Positions 8,701 to 23,700 of a DNA stretch of 64,000 nt are shown in pieces (within the stretch, counting starts at the first letter, position 1; each line of letters opens with the position of its first letter). The stretch is from positions 928,001 to 992,000 of the forward strand of contig CAVQQD010000002.1 of NCBI GenBank assembly GCA_963714975.1. The letters run 5' to 3'. The position numbers and the translations under genes were made by a program. The notes below the pieces were generated by a model. That model had not been told where the DNA came from. It worked only from the letters and a program-made list of their open reading frames with translations, and did not search any database. The DNA comes from an uncultured Gammaproteobacteria bacterium (GTDB taxonomy: Bacteria > Pseudomonadota > Gammaproteobacteria > JAURND01).

Positions 8701-11700
8701 AATTGCCAGAAATTTAAGGCTTCACCAGCAAAAATAATATATCTGAGGCTGCTTAGCTGATGAGGAGCCGATATTGCTAAATCAATAAATTGATAAAAAA
8801 CACTGGGCGTTTGATTTAAAACAGTTACCCCGTGTTGCTCACAAAGTTCATAAAATAGTTTAATGTCTCTGGTCTGCTCATAACTGGGTATCAACAATTT
8901 ACCGCCATGACATAAGGCTCCCCACATCTCCCAGACGCTAACATCAAATACATAGGCATGAAATAGTGTCCATACATCCTGGCTATTAAAGTGATACCAG
9001 TCATCGGTTGCCAACAACAATCGATGCACATTATTATGCTGCTGCAATACACCTTTGGGTTGGCCCGTAGTTCCGCTGGTATAAATTACATAGGCTAGAT
9101 TGGTACTGTTGATATGCTGCGGCAAATTAGTTTCTTGATAGGCATTTAACTTACTTTGTAATTCATCGCCATCAATCGCTTCGATATGCGTTGCTAAAGC
9201 ATGTTTACTTATGATGTCAGCAAGACGTGCTCGATATATTTCATTAGTTAAACATAGTTTTGCAGCCGTATCTTCTAAAGCATAAGTGATACGTTCATCA
9301 GGATAACGAGGATCCATCGGCACATATGCCGCGCCAGCTTTTAAAACTGCTAAAATGGCTATGAGCATTTTTTCACTGCGATCTAGGCATAAAGCGATTA
9401 AATCATCCCCTTGAAGCTGATAATGCTGCCGCAGATAATGCGCGAGTTGATTCGCTTTTGTATTGAGTTCACGATAAGTGAGCTGTCTGTTCTCATACAC
9501 CAGGGCAATATGGTCTGGCGTTCTTTCAACCTGTTCTTCAAACAACTGGTGTATCGTTTTATCTGCTGGATAATCTCGCTCGGTTTTATTCCAGTCTAGA
9601 ATTATTTTCTGGTAATCAGCAGCATTGAGATAACTGAGCTCATTTTGTTGTTCCACTCCAATGACTGTGATCTGATAGAGCAATGATTCCAAACAGCTTA
9701 ATAGTGTCTCTATAGTTTTCACACTAAACAATTCAGCTGCATATTTGAGATTGATTTGGATTCGTCCTTCTTGTTCATAGGCGGTAATTGCCAACGGATA
9801 ATCTAACGCTTCCATTCCCTGAAATCCACTCAATTTGAGCAAATGATCTTCCATTTTTTGTGGCACAGGATAATTTTCGTATATAAACAAACTATCAAAC
9901 AATCTTCTTCCTGAAGACTGTAATTTAGCTAGATTGATATCACTATAACTATTCATTTCATTAATTTTATTCTGGAGTATTTTTATTTGCTCTATAATAG
10001 TTTCCTCACCTTCATGATTAACGATCAACGGTAAAGTATTTATATATAGACCCACGGAGCTTTCTATCTCATCTATGGGCAAATTCCGACCTGAAATAGT
10101 TGTCCCAACCACAGTAGTCTGGCTATTGCCATATACACTTAATAATTTATGCCAACTATATTGCAACAAGGCATTAACTGTAATGCCATGCTCATAACTA
10201 AAAGCCTTAATAGACTGATACAAAGATTGCTCAGCATGAACACTGGCTTCAGCTTTATCGACGATGAAACGATACTCCGCTAATTTGATGCTTTTTTTAT
10301 CCAGACGGAGTAACCCAGTTAAGTCAGGATAGTCTATAACCTTGGCTAACTCCATGCGCCAATAGTTTTCACTAGCAAGATGCCTCCTTTGCAAATAAGC
10401 CTGACTTAATAGATACGCCACCTCTTCCTGAATATTTGCCAATATTCGTACTTGCATGGCACTATTCGTTCTATTTGTATACAGTTGCAAATACAAATCA
10501 TGAACAAAGCCCAATAATAAAGGAGTACTCCAGCCATCTAGAATCGCATGATGGCTACTAAAAAGACAGCTATAGCTGGCCTCTCCCTGCTTCAGCAAAT
10601 GTATGCGTAGCAACTGGCCTTGATCTAAGTGATAGCTGTGCTGACGATCATGCACCACTAGCTCATTCATGTAATATTCTTGTTGCTGCGGGTCTTTCGC
10701 ACTGATATCACTATACTGCCAATATAACTCTTGATGCTGATCGATGATTTGTACTAACTTCTCATCCCAGGAAAATCGCAAACGCAAGCTCGGATATTTT
10801 TTCAGTGCTCCTTGCCAGGCCATTCTTAATAACTCAGGTTCCAATGAGTTCTCATAGTTAAATAGAAACTGCACCCGGTACGCGGTATCTGTTTCACCTT
10901 GATTCAGAGCATGATAGATAAATCCCTGCTGTAAACTATTGGCTAAATACACATGCGTAATCGCTTGCTGAGCCTGGATCTTATCTAAATAACTCTGCGA
11001 GATAATGTAATCGATATCACTGGTCGTTAAATAGGCTCTCGGCAAGTCAACTGTATGCTTAATAATCGCGAGTACTTCCCTTTTAAATGCTTCTACCAGA
11101 TGATTCAGATCATTCTGACTGAGCTTAGACAATAGCCCAAAACGCAGCTCACCTTGATAAACTGCACCATTGGCATTAATAATATTATTGTCTATATTGG
11201 CATGGGATACCGCCATACCACTTGGCTCACCGGTAATCATCCAGTTACTTTCATCTTTGCCGCTTGCATCAAATTGACCGAGGTAGTTAAAAGTCACTCG
11301 TGGTAAATCCTGATGGCTATAACCCAGTAAGGCCCCATAACCAATCCCTTTATGTGGAATCCTCCTCAGACTTTCTTTCACCTGTACAATCGATTGAGAA
11401 ATATTCTCCACAGTGGCCAATTTAACTGGATACATCGTCGTAAACCAACCTACGGTATGAGTAATATCAATACCCTGGGCAATTTCTTCACGGCCATGGC
11501 CTTCCAAGGTAATGTAAATGTAATGGATTTCCTGATGCGTTAACTGCGCTAAGGCTCTGCCAAAAGCAGTCAGCAATAAATCATTAATCTCGGTATGATA
11601 GGCGTGACCACTGTCTGCCAATAATTGCCTCGTGCGCTCTTTATCCAAACTCATTTCCGCATAACTTTGGCTATCCTCATTGGGTAATAATGCGATTAAA

Positions 11701-14700
11701 TGACCTTCCTCTGCCGCCAGACCAGATAATTCTTCCTGCCAATAACTCCGCTCAACCATTTGGGTTTCTGCATATACTTGCACTTGCTCAACCCATTGCC
11801 GATAACTTGTTCCCTTTCTACCCAGCAATTGTTCACTGCTTTGCTGCAGGATCTCATCCAGCTTATTATTGCTCTGAGCTATACTGAGTTTTTCGTACAG
11901 TTCGCGTAAATCATGGGCTATAATTCGCCAACTGACTGCATCGACTAATAAATGATGCAGCGCAAAGAAAATTTTTCTACTGCCATCTGGATATCCTTCC
12001 AAATAGCCTATTTGGTATAAAGGCATCTCTGCTAATAATTCAAAATGGCTTTGCCAATCTGTTAACATCTCTTGATATTCAGACGTTGTGAACTCACTGA
12101 CATTGGCATAAGCTAGAATAAGCGCGTCAAAACTTATCGCAGGACTATAATATTGTTGGTAATTACCCGCTGTTGTTAATCGATAATTCAATCTAAAGGC
12201 ATCATGATATTCTATTAATTTAACTAAACTATGCTTGAGTAATTCCTGATCTAACTTGCCGGTCTTGATCAAAAAAGCTTGATTCCAATGACCAGGTCGT
12301 GGATAGAAACCACTACTTACTTGGCTGAAAAACCAGGCCTGAATTGGCAAAAAGTCCACTTCTCCTGATAATACACCATTTTCTGTGAGCAGCTGCTCCG
12401 GTAAATTAGCTGCATTCGCCAGCTGCTCTGCTAATACCTTTTCACAGAGCTTTTCTACCGTCTTATGTGCAAAAATATCTTTAACGCTAATCGTTAACTG
12501 CAACTGCCTGCGTATTCTACTGACCAGCTGAATGCTAATAATACTGTCACCGCCTAACCTAAAAAAATCATCCCGTATACCAACACTTTCTGCCGACAAA
12601 CCCAGCGCCTCAGCGTATATCTCACAAACTTGACGTTCGAGGTCATTGGAGGGCGCTACATAATTTAATACGTCGCTGAACTCAGGATCTGGTAAGGCGT
12701 TTCGGTCTAATTTACCATTGATAGTTAATGGCAATTGATCTAAATAGATCAATACATTGGGCACCATATAATCTGGTAATTGCATACGCAAATAATCAAG
12801 AATGCTATTTTCATCTAATGGATTATTCGCAACGTAATAACCCACAAGATATTTACTTTGATTTTGCGTATGTTCTTTAACCGACACCGTCGCTTGGTTT
12901 ATTTCCGAATAGTTCAGTAGTTTATTTTCAATTTCACCTAACTCAATTCTAAAACCACGGATTTTTACCTGAAAGTCATTTCTCCCCAGATACTCGATAT
13001 TCCCGTCCGGTAAATATCGCGCCAAATCTCCCGTTTTATACAAGCGGGCATTCTTGCCAGCCTTTTTTTCTGTTTCACTTTGAAATGGGTTGATGATGAA
13101 ACGTTCTGCAGTTAAATCTGGAAGGTTCAAATAACCTCGTGCCAAACCTACTCCGCCGATATACAGTTCACCAATTACCCCAATGGGCAATGGCTTAAGA
13201 TCTTCATCTAGGATGTATATCCGAACATTAGTAATCGGCTTGCCGATATCAGTACTCAAATCCTGATTTCTATAGTGATTTAATGTCACATAAACTGTCG
13301 ACTCTGTTGGGCCATAAGCATTTATTACATTTACTTGATTATTTTTATAATACTCCAATATCTCTTTTTCCGTTTTATCCCCACCTACTACTAAAGTATT
13401 CAATAATAGCAAATGATCTAAAGTGAGTAGTGCGGGCGGTATTAGTGCAACATTAATCTTATAAAGATTAATATACTCTGATAATAACTGAACATCTTGA
13501 CGTATAGCATCACTCACTATATGCGTTGTATGTCCATTGATAATAACCGTAAATAACTCCCACACATGTGCGTCAAATACATAATTGGCATAGCACAGGC
13601 ACTTTAAAGCGAAAAGCTTATTTTCGTACTGCCTGGTCAGGCCAAACTCTTTGGCCTGCATTACTGCTAAATTCACCACACTTCTATGTTCAATCATTAC
13701 ACCCTTAGGTTTTCCTGTAGTACCGCTGGTATAGATCACATAGGCCAAATTAGCACTGGTAATAGGCTGTGACAGGTTAGTTCCTTGGTAGGCATTTAAT
13801 TTATTTTGTAATTCATTGCTATCAATCGCTTCGATATGCGCTGATAAAGCATGTTTATTTATAATGTTAACAAGGCGTGCTCGATGTATTTCATTAGCTA
13901 AACACAGTTTTGCGCTGGTATCTTTTAAAACATAAGCGATACGTTCATCAGGGTAACCGGGATCCATCGGCACATAGGCTGCACCTGCTTTTAATACTGC
14001 TAAAATCGTTATGAGCATCTGTTCACTGCGATCTAAGCACAATGCAACTAAATCATCCCCTTGTAAGTGATATTGTTGCTGTAGGTAATGCGCGAGTTGA
14101 TTCGCTTTTGTATTGAGTTCACGATAAGTGAACTGTCTGTTCTCATACACTAGGGCAATATGGTCTGGCGTTCTTTCAACCTGCTCTTCAAACAACTGGT
14201 GTATCGTTTTATCCGCCGGATAGTCTTTATCAGTTTTATTCCAATCTATTATTAATTTATTATAATCTTTTGATAACAAACTGGATTTATAGCTTTTACC
14301 TTCTAATGCCAAATCCAAGTTATAAATAAAATATTTCATCAAATAATTGAGGTAGTCTTCCTCTATAAAATCATCATGCGCTACCAGCGTGATATTAAAC
14401 TCCTCTTCTGCCTTCTGAGAAACGTTTAGCACACAAGGAATATTGGTACGTTCATAACCTTGAAGATCAATAATATCTTCCATTGACTCTTGAAAAATAT
14501 GAAAGTGAACAAAATTATAAGCAAATTTATAAACTTCATGACCCATCATACTTTTAATATAACCATAGGGCATTATTTTATATTCATACAGTCTTAGTTT
14601 TTCTTCAAATATTTGCTCTGTGCTTATTTTATCCAGCTTATATCTAAAGGGAATAGTGTTCAGAAATAAACCAAATAATTTATCACCTCCTTCAAACTCA

Positions 14701-17700
14701 GGACGATTATTGACGACCAGACCTAAAGTCACATCATCACTATTTAAAAATTGGGACAATGTTTCCACATAGGCATGTAAAAATATTGTGTCTACACCTA
14801 TAGATAGTTCGCGCGCCATCTTGATCGCTTTCGAAACTTTATCTCCAGTCAAGCTATGACGGCTATAAAACAAACCGTCTGCTGATTTAGTTTTTGAAAA
14901 ATTCCAATTGATGCTTGGCAGTTCAACATCTCGTAAGTAATCTTTCCAAAAATTAATATTATCGACATCTTTGATTGCATTTTGTTCATCCTTAACAAAT
15001 TCTCCATAGCTAATTGAAAATTCCGGGGATTCTATTGTTAAGTTATGCACATATTCCTGAACAAACTCATTAATTAACGAAGCCACACTCCAGCCGTCGG
15101 TTATTGCATGATGAAATGAAAATATTAGATCAAATCCATCATCTAATTTATTGACCAGTAACCTGAATAATCCAAACTCTGTAAAATCAAAATTATGAAC
15201 TCTCTCCTGGGCAATCAATGAGTCTACATTTTGATTTTCAAATAATACATAATCTTTGGTCAATGTCTTGGCTATTTCCACGTTATAGCCGGTGCTCACA
15301 GTTAAAAATCTGGCGCGTAGTAACTCATGCTTTGCGATAAGTTTATTCCATACGGATAAAAACTTATCACTTTCAAAATTACTCGATAATTTATAAGAGA
15401 AAACATCATGATAGGCACCATATTCATCCAACTCGGATTCCAATAACATGCCCATTTGTAAATAACTGGCGGGATAGGAATCTTCGACGATATCAAAGTC
15501 AATTTTCGCCAATTGCGCGGCGGTTAAAAAACTGAACTTCGTATAGGTCTCTCTCAAAAAAGGCGCTTCATGAATACTCGATTGAATCAGATCAGATAAT
15601 CTTCCTACTGTTTTTTTATTAAAAATATCTTTAACTTTAACTGCGCTATTTAAAGCAGTATTTATTTTACTGACCAATCTAATAGCAATAATACTATCGC
15701 CACCCAACCTGAAGAAATTATCATTAATGCCCACCTTCTCTACCGATAAGCCCAGTACTTCGGCATATATTTTACACAGCATATGCTCTAAATCATTGCG
15801 CGGTTCTACATAATTCAATTCATCACCAAACTCTGGATCCGGTAATGCTTTCCGGTCGAGTTTGCCATTGATCGTTAATGGCAGTTGCTCTATATGCATT
15901 AATACATTGGGAACCATATACTCAGGTAATTGACTATGCAGATAACCAATAATATCATCTGCTGCTAAAGGCCTTGGCGCCACATAATAGCCTACCAGAT
16001 ATTTACTCTGATTTTCCTGATGTTCTCTTGCCAACACAACTGCTTGTTTTATCTCAGGATAACTCAGCAATTTATTTTCAATCTCGCCCAATTCAATCCT
16101 ATATCCACGGATTTTTACTTGAAAGTCATTTCTACCGATATACTCGATACTTCCATCTGGTAAATAACGCGCTAAATCTCCAGTCTTATACAAGCGCGCA
16201 TTTTTTCCTGTCTGCTTTTCCGCTGCACTTTGGAAGGGATTTGCAATAAATCGTTCTGCTGTTAAATCGGGAAGATTTAGATAACCGCGCGCCAAACCTG
16301 CACCACCTATATACATCTCGCCTATTGCCCCCATTGGCAATGGATTGAGACCAGCATCCACTATATAAATGTTTTGATCCGGAATTCGTTTTCCTATATA
16401 TGAATTATTTCCTAAGTCTTCTGCTGCTATGGGCTTGTAAGTTACATGAACTGTTGTCTCAGTTATTCCATACATATTCACTAATAGCGGCTTGGCATAG
16501 CCATACACATTGAACCAGGGTTGTAATTGCCATAAATTTAAGGCTTCACCACCAAAAATAATATATCTGAGGCTGCTTAGCTGATGAGGAGCTGATATTG
16601 CTAAATCAATAAATTGATAAAAAACACTGGGCGTTTGATTTAAAACAGTTATCCCGTGTTGCTCACAAAGTTCATAAAACAGTTTGATATCTCTGGTCTG
16701 CTCATAACTGGGTATCAACAATTTACCGCCGTGACATAGGGCTCCCCACATCTCCCAGACGCTAAAGTCAAATACATAGGCATGAAATAGTGTCCATACA
16801 TCCTGGCTATTAAAGTGATACCAGTCATCAGTTGCCAACAACAATCGATGCACATTGTTATGCTGCTGCAATACACCTTTGGGTTGACCCGTAGTTCCGC
16901 TGGTATAAATTACATAGGCCAAATTAGTACTGGTAATAGGTGATGAGAGGTTAGTTCCTTGGTAGGCATTTAATTTATTTTGTAATTCATTGCTATCAAT
17001 CGCTTCGATAGGCGTTGATAAAGTATGTTTATTTATGATGTCAGCAAGACGTGCTCGATGTATTTCATTAGCTAAACACAGTTTTGCGCTGGTATCTTCT
17101 AAAATATAAGCGATACGTTCATCAGGATAACCCGGATCCATTGGCACATAGGCTGCTCCTGCTTTTAATACTGCCAAAATCGCTATGAGCATCTGTTCAC
17201 TGCGATCTAAGCACAATGCAACCAAATCATCCCCTTGCAAGTGATATTGTTGCTGTAGGTAATGTGCAAGTTGATTTGCTTTAGCATTTAATTCACGATA
17301 GCTTAACTGCTGATCTTCATAAACCACTGCAATATGATCTGGAGTTCTTTCAACCTGTTCTGCAAACAGTTGATGAATGGTTTTATCTGCTGGATAGTCT
17401 TTATCAGTTTTATTCCAATCTATTATTAATTTATTATAATCTTTTGATAACAAACTGGATTTATAGCTTTTACCTTCTAATACCAAATCCAAGTTATAAA
17501 TAAAATATTTCATCAAATAATTGAGGTAGTCTTCCTCTATAAAATCATCATGCGCTACCAGCGTGATATTAAACTCCTCTTCTGCCTTCTGAGAAACGTT
17601 TAGCACACAAGGAATATTGGTACGTTCATAACCTTGAAGATCAATAATATCTTCCATTGACTCTTGAAAAATATGAAAGTGAACAAAATTATAAGCAAAT

Positions 17701-20700
17701 TTATAAACTTCATGACCCATCATACTTTTAATATAACCATAGGGCATTATTTTATATTCATACAGTCTTAGTTTTTCTTCAAATATTTGCTCTGTGCTTA
17801 TTTTATCCAGCTTATATCTAAAGGGAATAGTGTTCAGAAATAAACCAAATAATTTATCACCTCCTTCAAACTCAGGACGATTATTGACGACCAGACCTAA
17901 AGTCACATCATCACTATTTAAAAATTGGGACAATGTTTCCACATAGGCATGTAAAAATATTGTGTCTACACCTATAGATAGTTCGCGCGCCATCTTGATC
18001 GCTTTCGAAACTTTATCTCCAGTCAAGCTATGACGGCTATAAAACAAACCGTCTGCTGATTTAGTTTTTGAAAAATTCCAATTGATGCTTGGCAGTTCAA
18101 CATCTCGTAAGTAATCTTTCCAAAAATTAATATTATCGACATCTTTGATTGCATTTTGTTCATCCTTAACAAATTCTCCATAGCTAATTGAAAATTCCGG
18201 GGATTCTATTGTTAAGTTATGCACATATTCCTGAACAAACTCATTAATTAACGAAGCCACACTCCAGCCGTCGGTTATTGCATGATGAAATGAAAATATT
18301 AGATCAAATCCATCATCTAATTTATTGACCAGTAACCTGAATAATCCAAACTCTGTAAAATCAAAATTATGAACTCTCTCCTGGGCAATCAATGAGTCTA
18401 CATTTTGATTTTCAAATAATACATAATCTTTGGTCAATGTCTTGGCTATTTCCACGTTATAGCCGGTGCTCACAGTTAAAAATCTGGCGCGTAGTAACTC
18501 ATGCTTTGCGATAAGTTTATTCCATACGGATAAAAACTTATCACTTTCAAAATTACTCGATAATTTATAAGAGAAAACATCATGATAGGCACCATATTCA
18601 TCCAACTCGGATTCCAATAACATGCCCATTTGTAAATAACTGGCGGGATAGGAATCTTCGACGATATCAAAGTCAATTTTCGCCAATTGCGCGGCGGTTA
18701 AAAAACTGAACTTCGTATAGGTCTCTCTCAAAAAAGGCGCTTCATGAATACTCGATTGAATCAGATCAGATAATCTTCCTACTGTTTTTTTATTAAAAAT
18801 ATCTTTAACTTTAACTGCGCTATTTAAAGCAGTATTTATTTTACTGACCAATCTAATAGCAATAATACTATCGCCACCCAACCTGAAGAAATTATCATTA
18901 ATGCCCACCTTCTCTACCGATAAGCCCAGTACTTCGGCATATATTTTACACAGCATATGCTCTAAATCATTGCGCGGTTCTACATAATTCAATTCATCAC
19001 CAAACTCTGGATCCGGTAATGCTTTCCGGTCGAGTTTGCCATTGATCGTTAATGGCAGTTGCTCTATATGCATTAATACATTGGGAACCATATACTCAGG
19101 TAATTGACTATGCAGATAACCAATAATATCATCTGCTGCTAAAGGCCTTGGCGCCACATAATAGCCTACCAGATATTTACTCTGATTTTCCTGATGTTCT
19201 CTTGCCAACACAACTGCTTGTTTTATCTCAGGATAACTCAGCAATTTATTTTCAATCTCGCCCAATTCAATCCTATATCCACGGATTTTTACTTGAAAGT
19301 CATTTCTACCGATATACTCGATACTTCCATCTGGTAAATAACGCGCTAAATCTCCAGTCTTATACAAGCGCGCATTTTTTCCTGTCTGCTTTTCCGCTGC
19401 ACTTTGGAAGGGATTTGCAATAAATCGTTCTGCTGTTAAATCGGGAAGATTTAGATAACCGCGCGCCAAACCTGCACCACCTATATACATCTCGCCTATT
19501 GCCCCCATTGGCAATGGATTGAGACCAGCATCCACTATATAAATGTTTTGATCCGGAATTCGTTTTCCTATATATGAATTATTTCCTAAGTCTTCTGCTG
19601 CTATGGGCTTGTAAGTTACATGAACTGTTGTCTCAGTTATTCCATACATATTCACTAATAGCGGCTTGGCATAGCCATACACATTGAACCAGGGTTGTAA
19701 TTGCCATAAATTTAAGGCTTCACCACCAAAAATAATATATCTGAGGCTGCTTAGCTGATGAGGAGCTGATATTGCTAAATCAATAAATTGATAAAAAACA
19801 CTGGGCGTTTGATTTAAAACAGTTATCCCGTGTTGCTCACAAAGTTCATAAAACAGTTTGATATCTCTGGTCTGCTCATAACTGGGTATCAACAATTTAC
19901 CGCCGTGACATAGGGCTCCCCACATCTCCCAGACGCTAAAGTCAAATACATAGGCATGAAATAGTGTCCATACATCCTGGCTATTAAAGTGATACCAGTC
20001 ATCAGTTGCCAACAACAATCGATGCACATTGTTATGCTGCTGCAATACACCTTTGGGTTGACCCGTAGTTCCGCTGGTATAAATTACATAGGCCAAATTA
20101 GTATTGGTAATAGGTGATGAGAGGTTAGTTCCTTGGTAGGCATTTAATTTATTTTGTAATTCATTGCTATCAATCGCTTCGATAGGCGTTGATAAAGTAT
20201 GTTTATTTATGATGTCAGCAAGACGTGCTCGATGTATTTCATTAGCTAAACACAGTTTTGCGCTGGTATCTTCTAAAATATAAGCGATACGTTCATCAGG
20301 ATAACCCGGATCCATTGGCACATAGGCTGCTCCTGCTTTTAATACTGCCAAAATCGCTATGAGCATCTGTTCACTGCGATCTAAGCACAATGCAACCAAA
20401 TCATCCCCTTGCAAGTGATATTGTTGCTGTAGGTAATGTGCAAGTTGATTTGCTTTAGCATTTAATTCACGATAGCTTAACTGCTGATCTTCATAAACCA
20501 CTGCAATATGATCTGGAGTTCTTTCAACCTGTTCTGCAAACAGTTGATGAATGGTTTTATCTGCTGGATAGTCTTTATCAGTTTTATTCCAATCATATAT
20601 TAATCTGTCAAAATCTGCGTTTGAAATCAATTTAAGCTGATTGAAGCCACGATTAATATTATTCTGTTCTAAACTATTTAAAATAAATTGGTAGGTTTTA

Positions 20701-23700
20701 AAAATACATGCAACAGTTTCTTTATCATATATATCTACTAAATAGCTGATATTAAAGACAACCTTGTCCGCATACTCCTTGGCAAAAACTGATATTCCAA
20801 ATTTCTCAGAATTATTTGAATCCAGTAGTTTACTAATATCCATGTTTATATTAACTTCGTCAGTGCCTTTGAAATTATGCATGGTAAACATAATTTGCAT
20901 CAACTCAGCGACTTCTTCTCCTTTCTTCGGAGATAAATTAACGATGTTATTTAAATTGATATCTGCATATTGATTTAAAAATATAATTTCATCGTTTACC
21001 TTGCGCAGGTTATCTAATATTGTGTCCTCAGAAGAGTAATCAAACATCAATGGCAGCGCACTAACAAATGGACCTAAGGCTTTTATAAAATCATATCTGC
21101 GATTAGAAACAGTAATGCCGATAGGAAATTTTTCATCATTAAAATTATATTTATCGAGAACATGATAGAAAATAGTCAAAAATAGTGTGTATAAGCTAAT
21201 ATCATTATTCGTTGATAACTGTAGCAATTTCTCCATTCTCAATGTGGAGATTTCAAAAGTAAAATTCTCTCCAACATTATCAGAACTATCTATAGTTATT
21301 TTGGACAGCTGGATAGGCTGTGCTTTGTTGAATTTTACTAGTAGTTTATTTATGGCAACATTATAGTCTGCCGTTTGTAATAAGGCATACTGATGGGGGA
21401 TATAATCTAAGTAATCAAATTTAGAAGCCTCGGGTATATCTACACCTTCTTTAATTTTATTATAGTTATCTAAAAGTTCAGCTATTAATAATTCAACTGA
21501 TTGGGCATCCGTTAGAATATGATGATGAGTCAAATTTAAAATAATATCGTGGCCTTTATCTATGATCGCTATCTCAGCACAAATTAACGAACCACCATCT
21601 AATCTAAAAATATAATTGGCGCTCACATTGGCATATTCAGCTACCTCCTCTTCTCTAAGATAGACTTTTCGTATTAATATCTCTTCAAATGATAATTTAT
21701 AATGAGATTTATCGATTAGTCGAATTTTTAAAATTCTATTATTCAAAAAGAGAAATCTTATGGCTTCTTCAAAAACATCAACATCGACATCACTTATTCT
21801 CAACAATACCGGAACATTGTAAGTTGTTGGCAGGGCATCCAAATTACTTTGAATATATATAGCATTTTGTATATTTGAAATTCTATTATCATTAGCTAAC
21901 AGTTCATCTGATATTTTGAAAATATTGATCGGTTTATGCTGTTCTCCACTGGATTCTAGCAGCAGCGTAATATGATTGGATAGAGATTCTACACTTCTAA
22001 ATTGATAAAAATCTTCGAGCTTTACTTCGGTAAATTCCTTGGATAATCGAGAAGCTGCTAGCATTGCTGCTAAAGAATTGCCCCCTAATTTAAAGAAATC
22101 GTCTCTTATTCCCACTTTGCTCGTTGGCAAACCCAGCGCTGCTGCGTATACCTCGCAAAGTTTATGGTCCAAATCATTGCGAGGCGCTATATAGGTGAAT
22201 TTAATGCTGGACTCTGGTTCAGGCAAAGCTCGTAAGTCCACTTTTCCATTGATGGTCAATGGCAACTTATCTAGACGAATTAATATGCTTGGTACCATGT
22301 AGTCTGGTAGCTGACTATGCAGATAATCAAGAATAGCATTTTCTTCTAATTGACTATCGGCGACATAATAACCGATTAGGTACTTATTACTGTTATCTTC
22401 AGCATGATGTTCTTTAGCTATCACCACAGCTTGCTTTATTTGTGGATAATTGACCAATTTGCTTTCGATTTCACCTGGTTCAATTCTCAAACCATGAATT
22501 TTTATCTGAAAGTCACTTCTGCCAATAAATTCTATATTTCCATCAGGCAAATAGCGGGCTAGATCCCCCGTCTTATATAACCTAGAATTCTTACTCGCTT
22601 TTTTTTCTACTTCGGTTTGGAAAGGATTAGTAATAAAACGTTCCGCAGTTAAATCTGGAAGATTCAAATACCCGCGTGCTAAACCAATGCCACCGATATA
22701 TAACTCTCCTATTGCCCCCACTGGCAAAGGATTGAAATTTGGGTCCAGGATGTATATCGTAATGTTGGCAATAGGTTTTCCAATATTGGTATTTAAATCA
22801 TCACCTTTGTAATGATTTAACGTGGCACAGACAGTTGATTCCGTGGGCCCATAGGCGTTTATTATGTTTATTTGATTATTCCTATAGTGCTCTAATAGTC
22901 TTTTTTCTGTTTTTTCTCCCCCTATTATTAAAGTACGTAGCGGCAATAAGCTGTCAATTGTTAATATTGCTGGAGGTATAGTTGCTATTTTAATCTGATG
23001 GAGATTAATATAGTCCGATAATAATTCCATATCGTGAAGTATACTATTTTTCACTATATGGATAGTATGTCCATGGGTTATAACGGGAAATACTTCACTG
23101 ACATGAACATCAAATACACAATTGGTATACCATAAGCTATGAATTGATGATCGGGTGTCTTGGAATTGCGTGGATAAATCAATCTCTTGGGCTTGTGCAA
23201 TTAGCAAATTTGTTACGCCTTTATGGGCAATCATCACCCCTTTTGGCTTTCCTGTCGTTCCACTTGTATAAATCACATAGGCTAAATTAGCGCTCAAAAT
23301 ATTTTTAACTGGGTTAGTCTCTGAAAAAGGTTTCAACTTTTTCTGTAACCCATGACTATCGATAGCTTCTATCTCAGTTGTCAATTGGTGATGATTGATG
23401 AAATTCGCAATTTGATCTTGATATATCGCATTCGTTATTACTGCCTTTGTCTCAGTATCCTTTAAAATATAAATAATACGCTCTTCAGGATAGCTTAGAT
23501 CTATTGGCACGTATGCCGCACCAGCCTTTAATACGGCCAAAATTGCTATTAACATATATTCGCTGCGGTCTAGATACAAAGCAATTAAATCATCCCCATG
23601 AATAGTATATTTTTCACGTAAATACTGCGCGAATTGGTTTGCTTTGGCATTAAGTTCGTAATAGGTAAGTTGCATGTCTTCATAGATCATCGCGACATGG

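Noticed and set aside
9411-20973. Small ORFs within or antisense to the NRPS
   Set aside because: Shadow frames; duplicates arise only from the 3174-bp repeat
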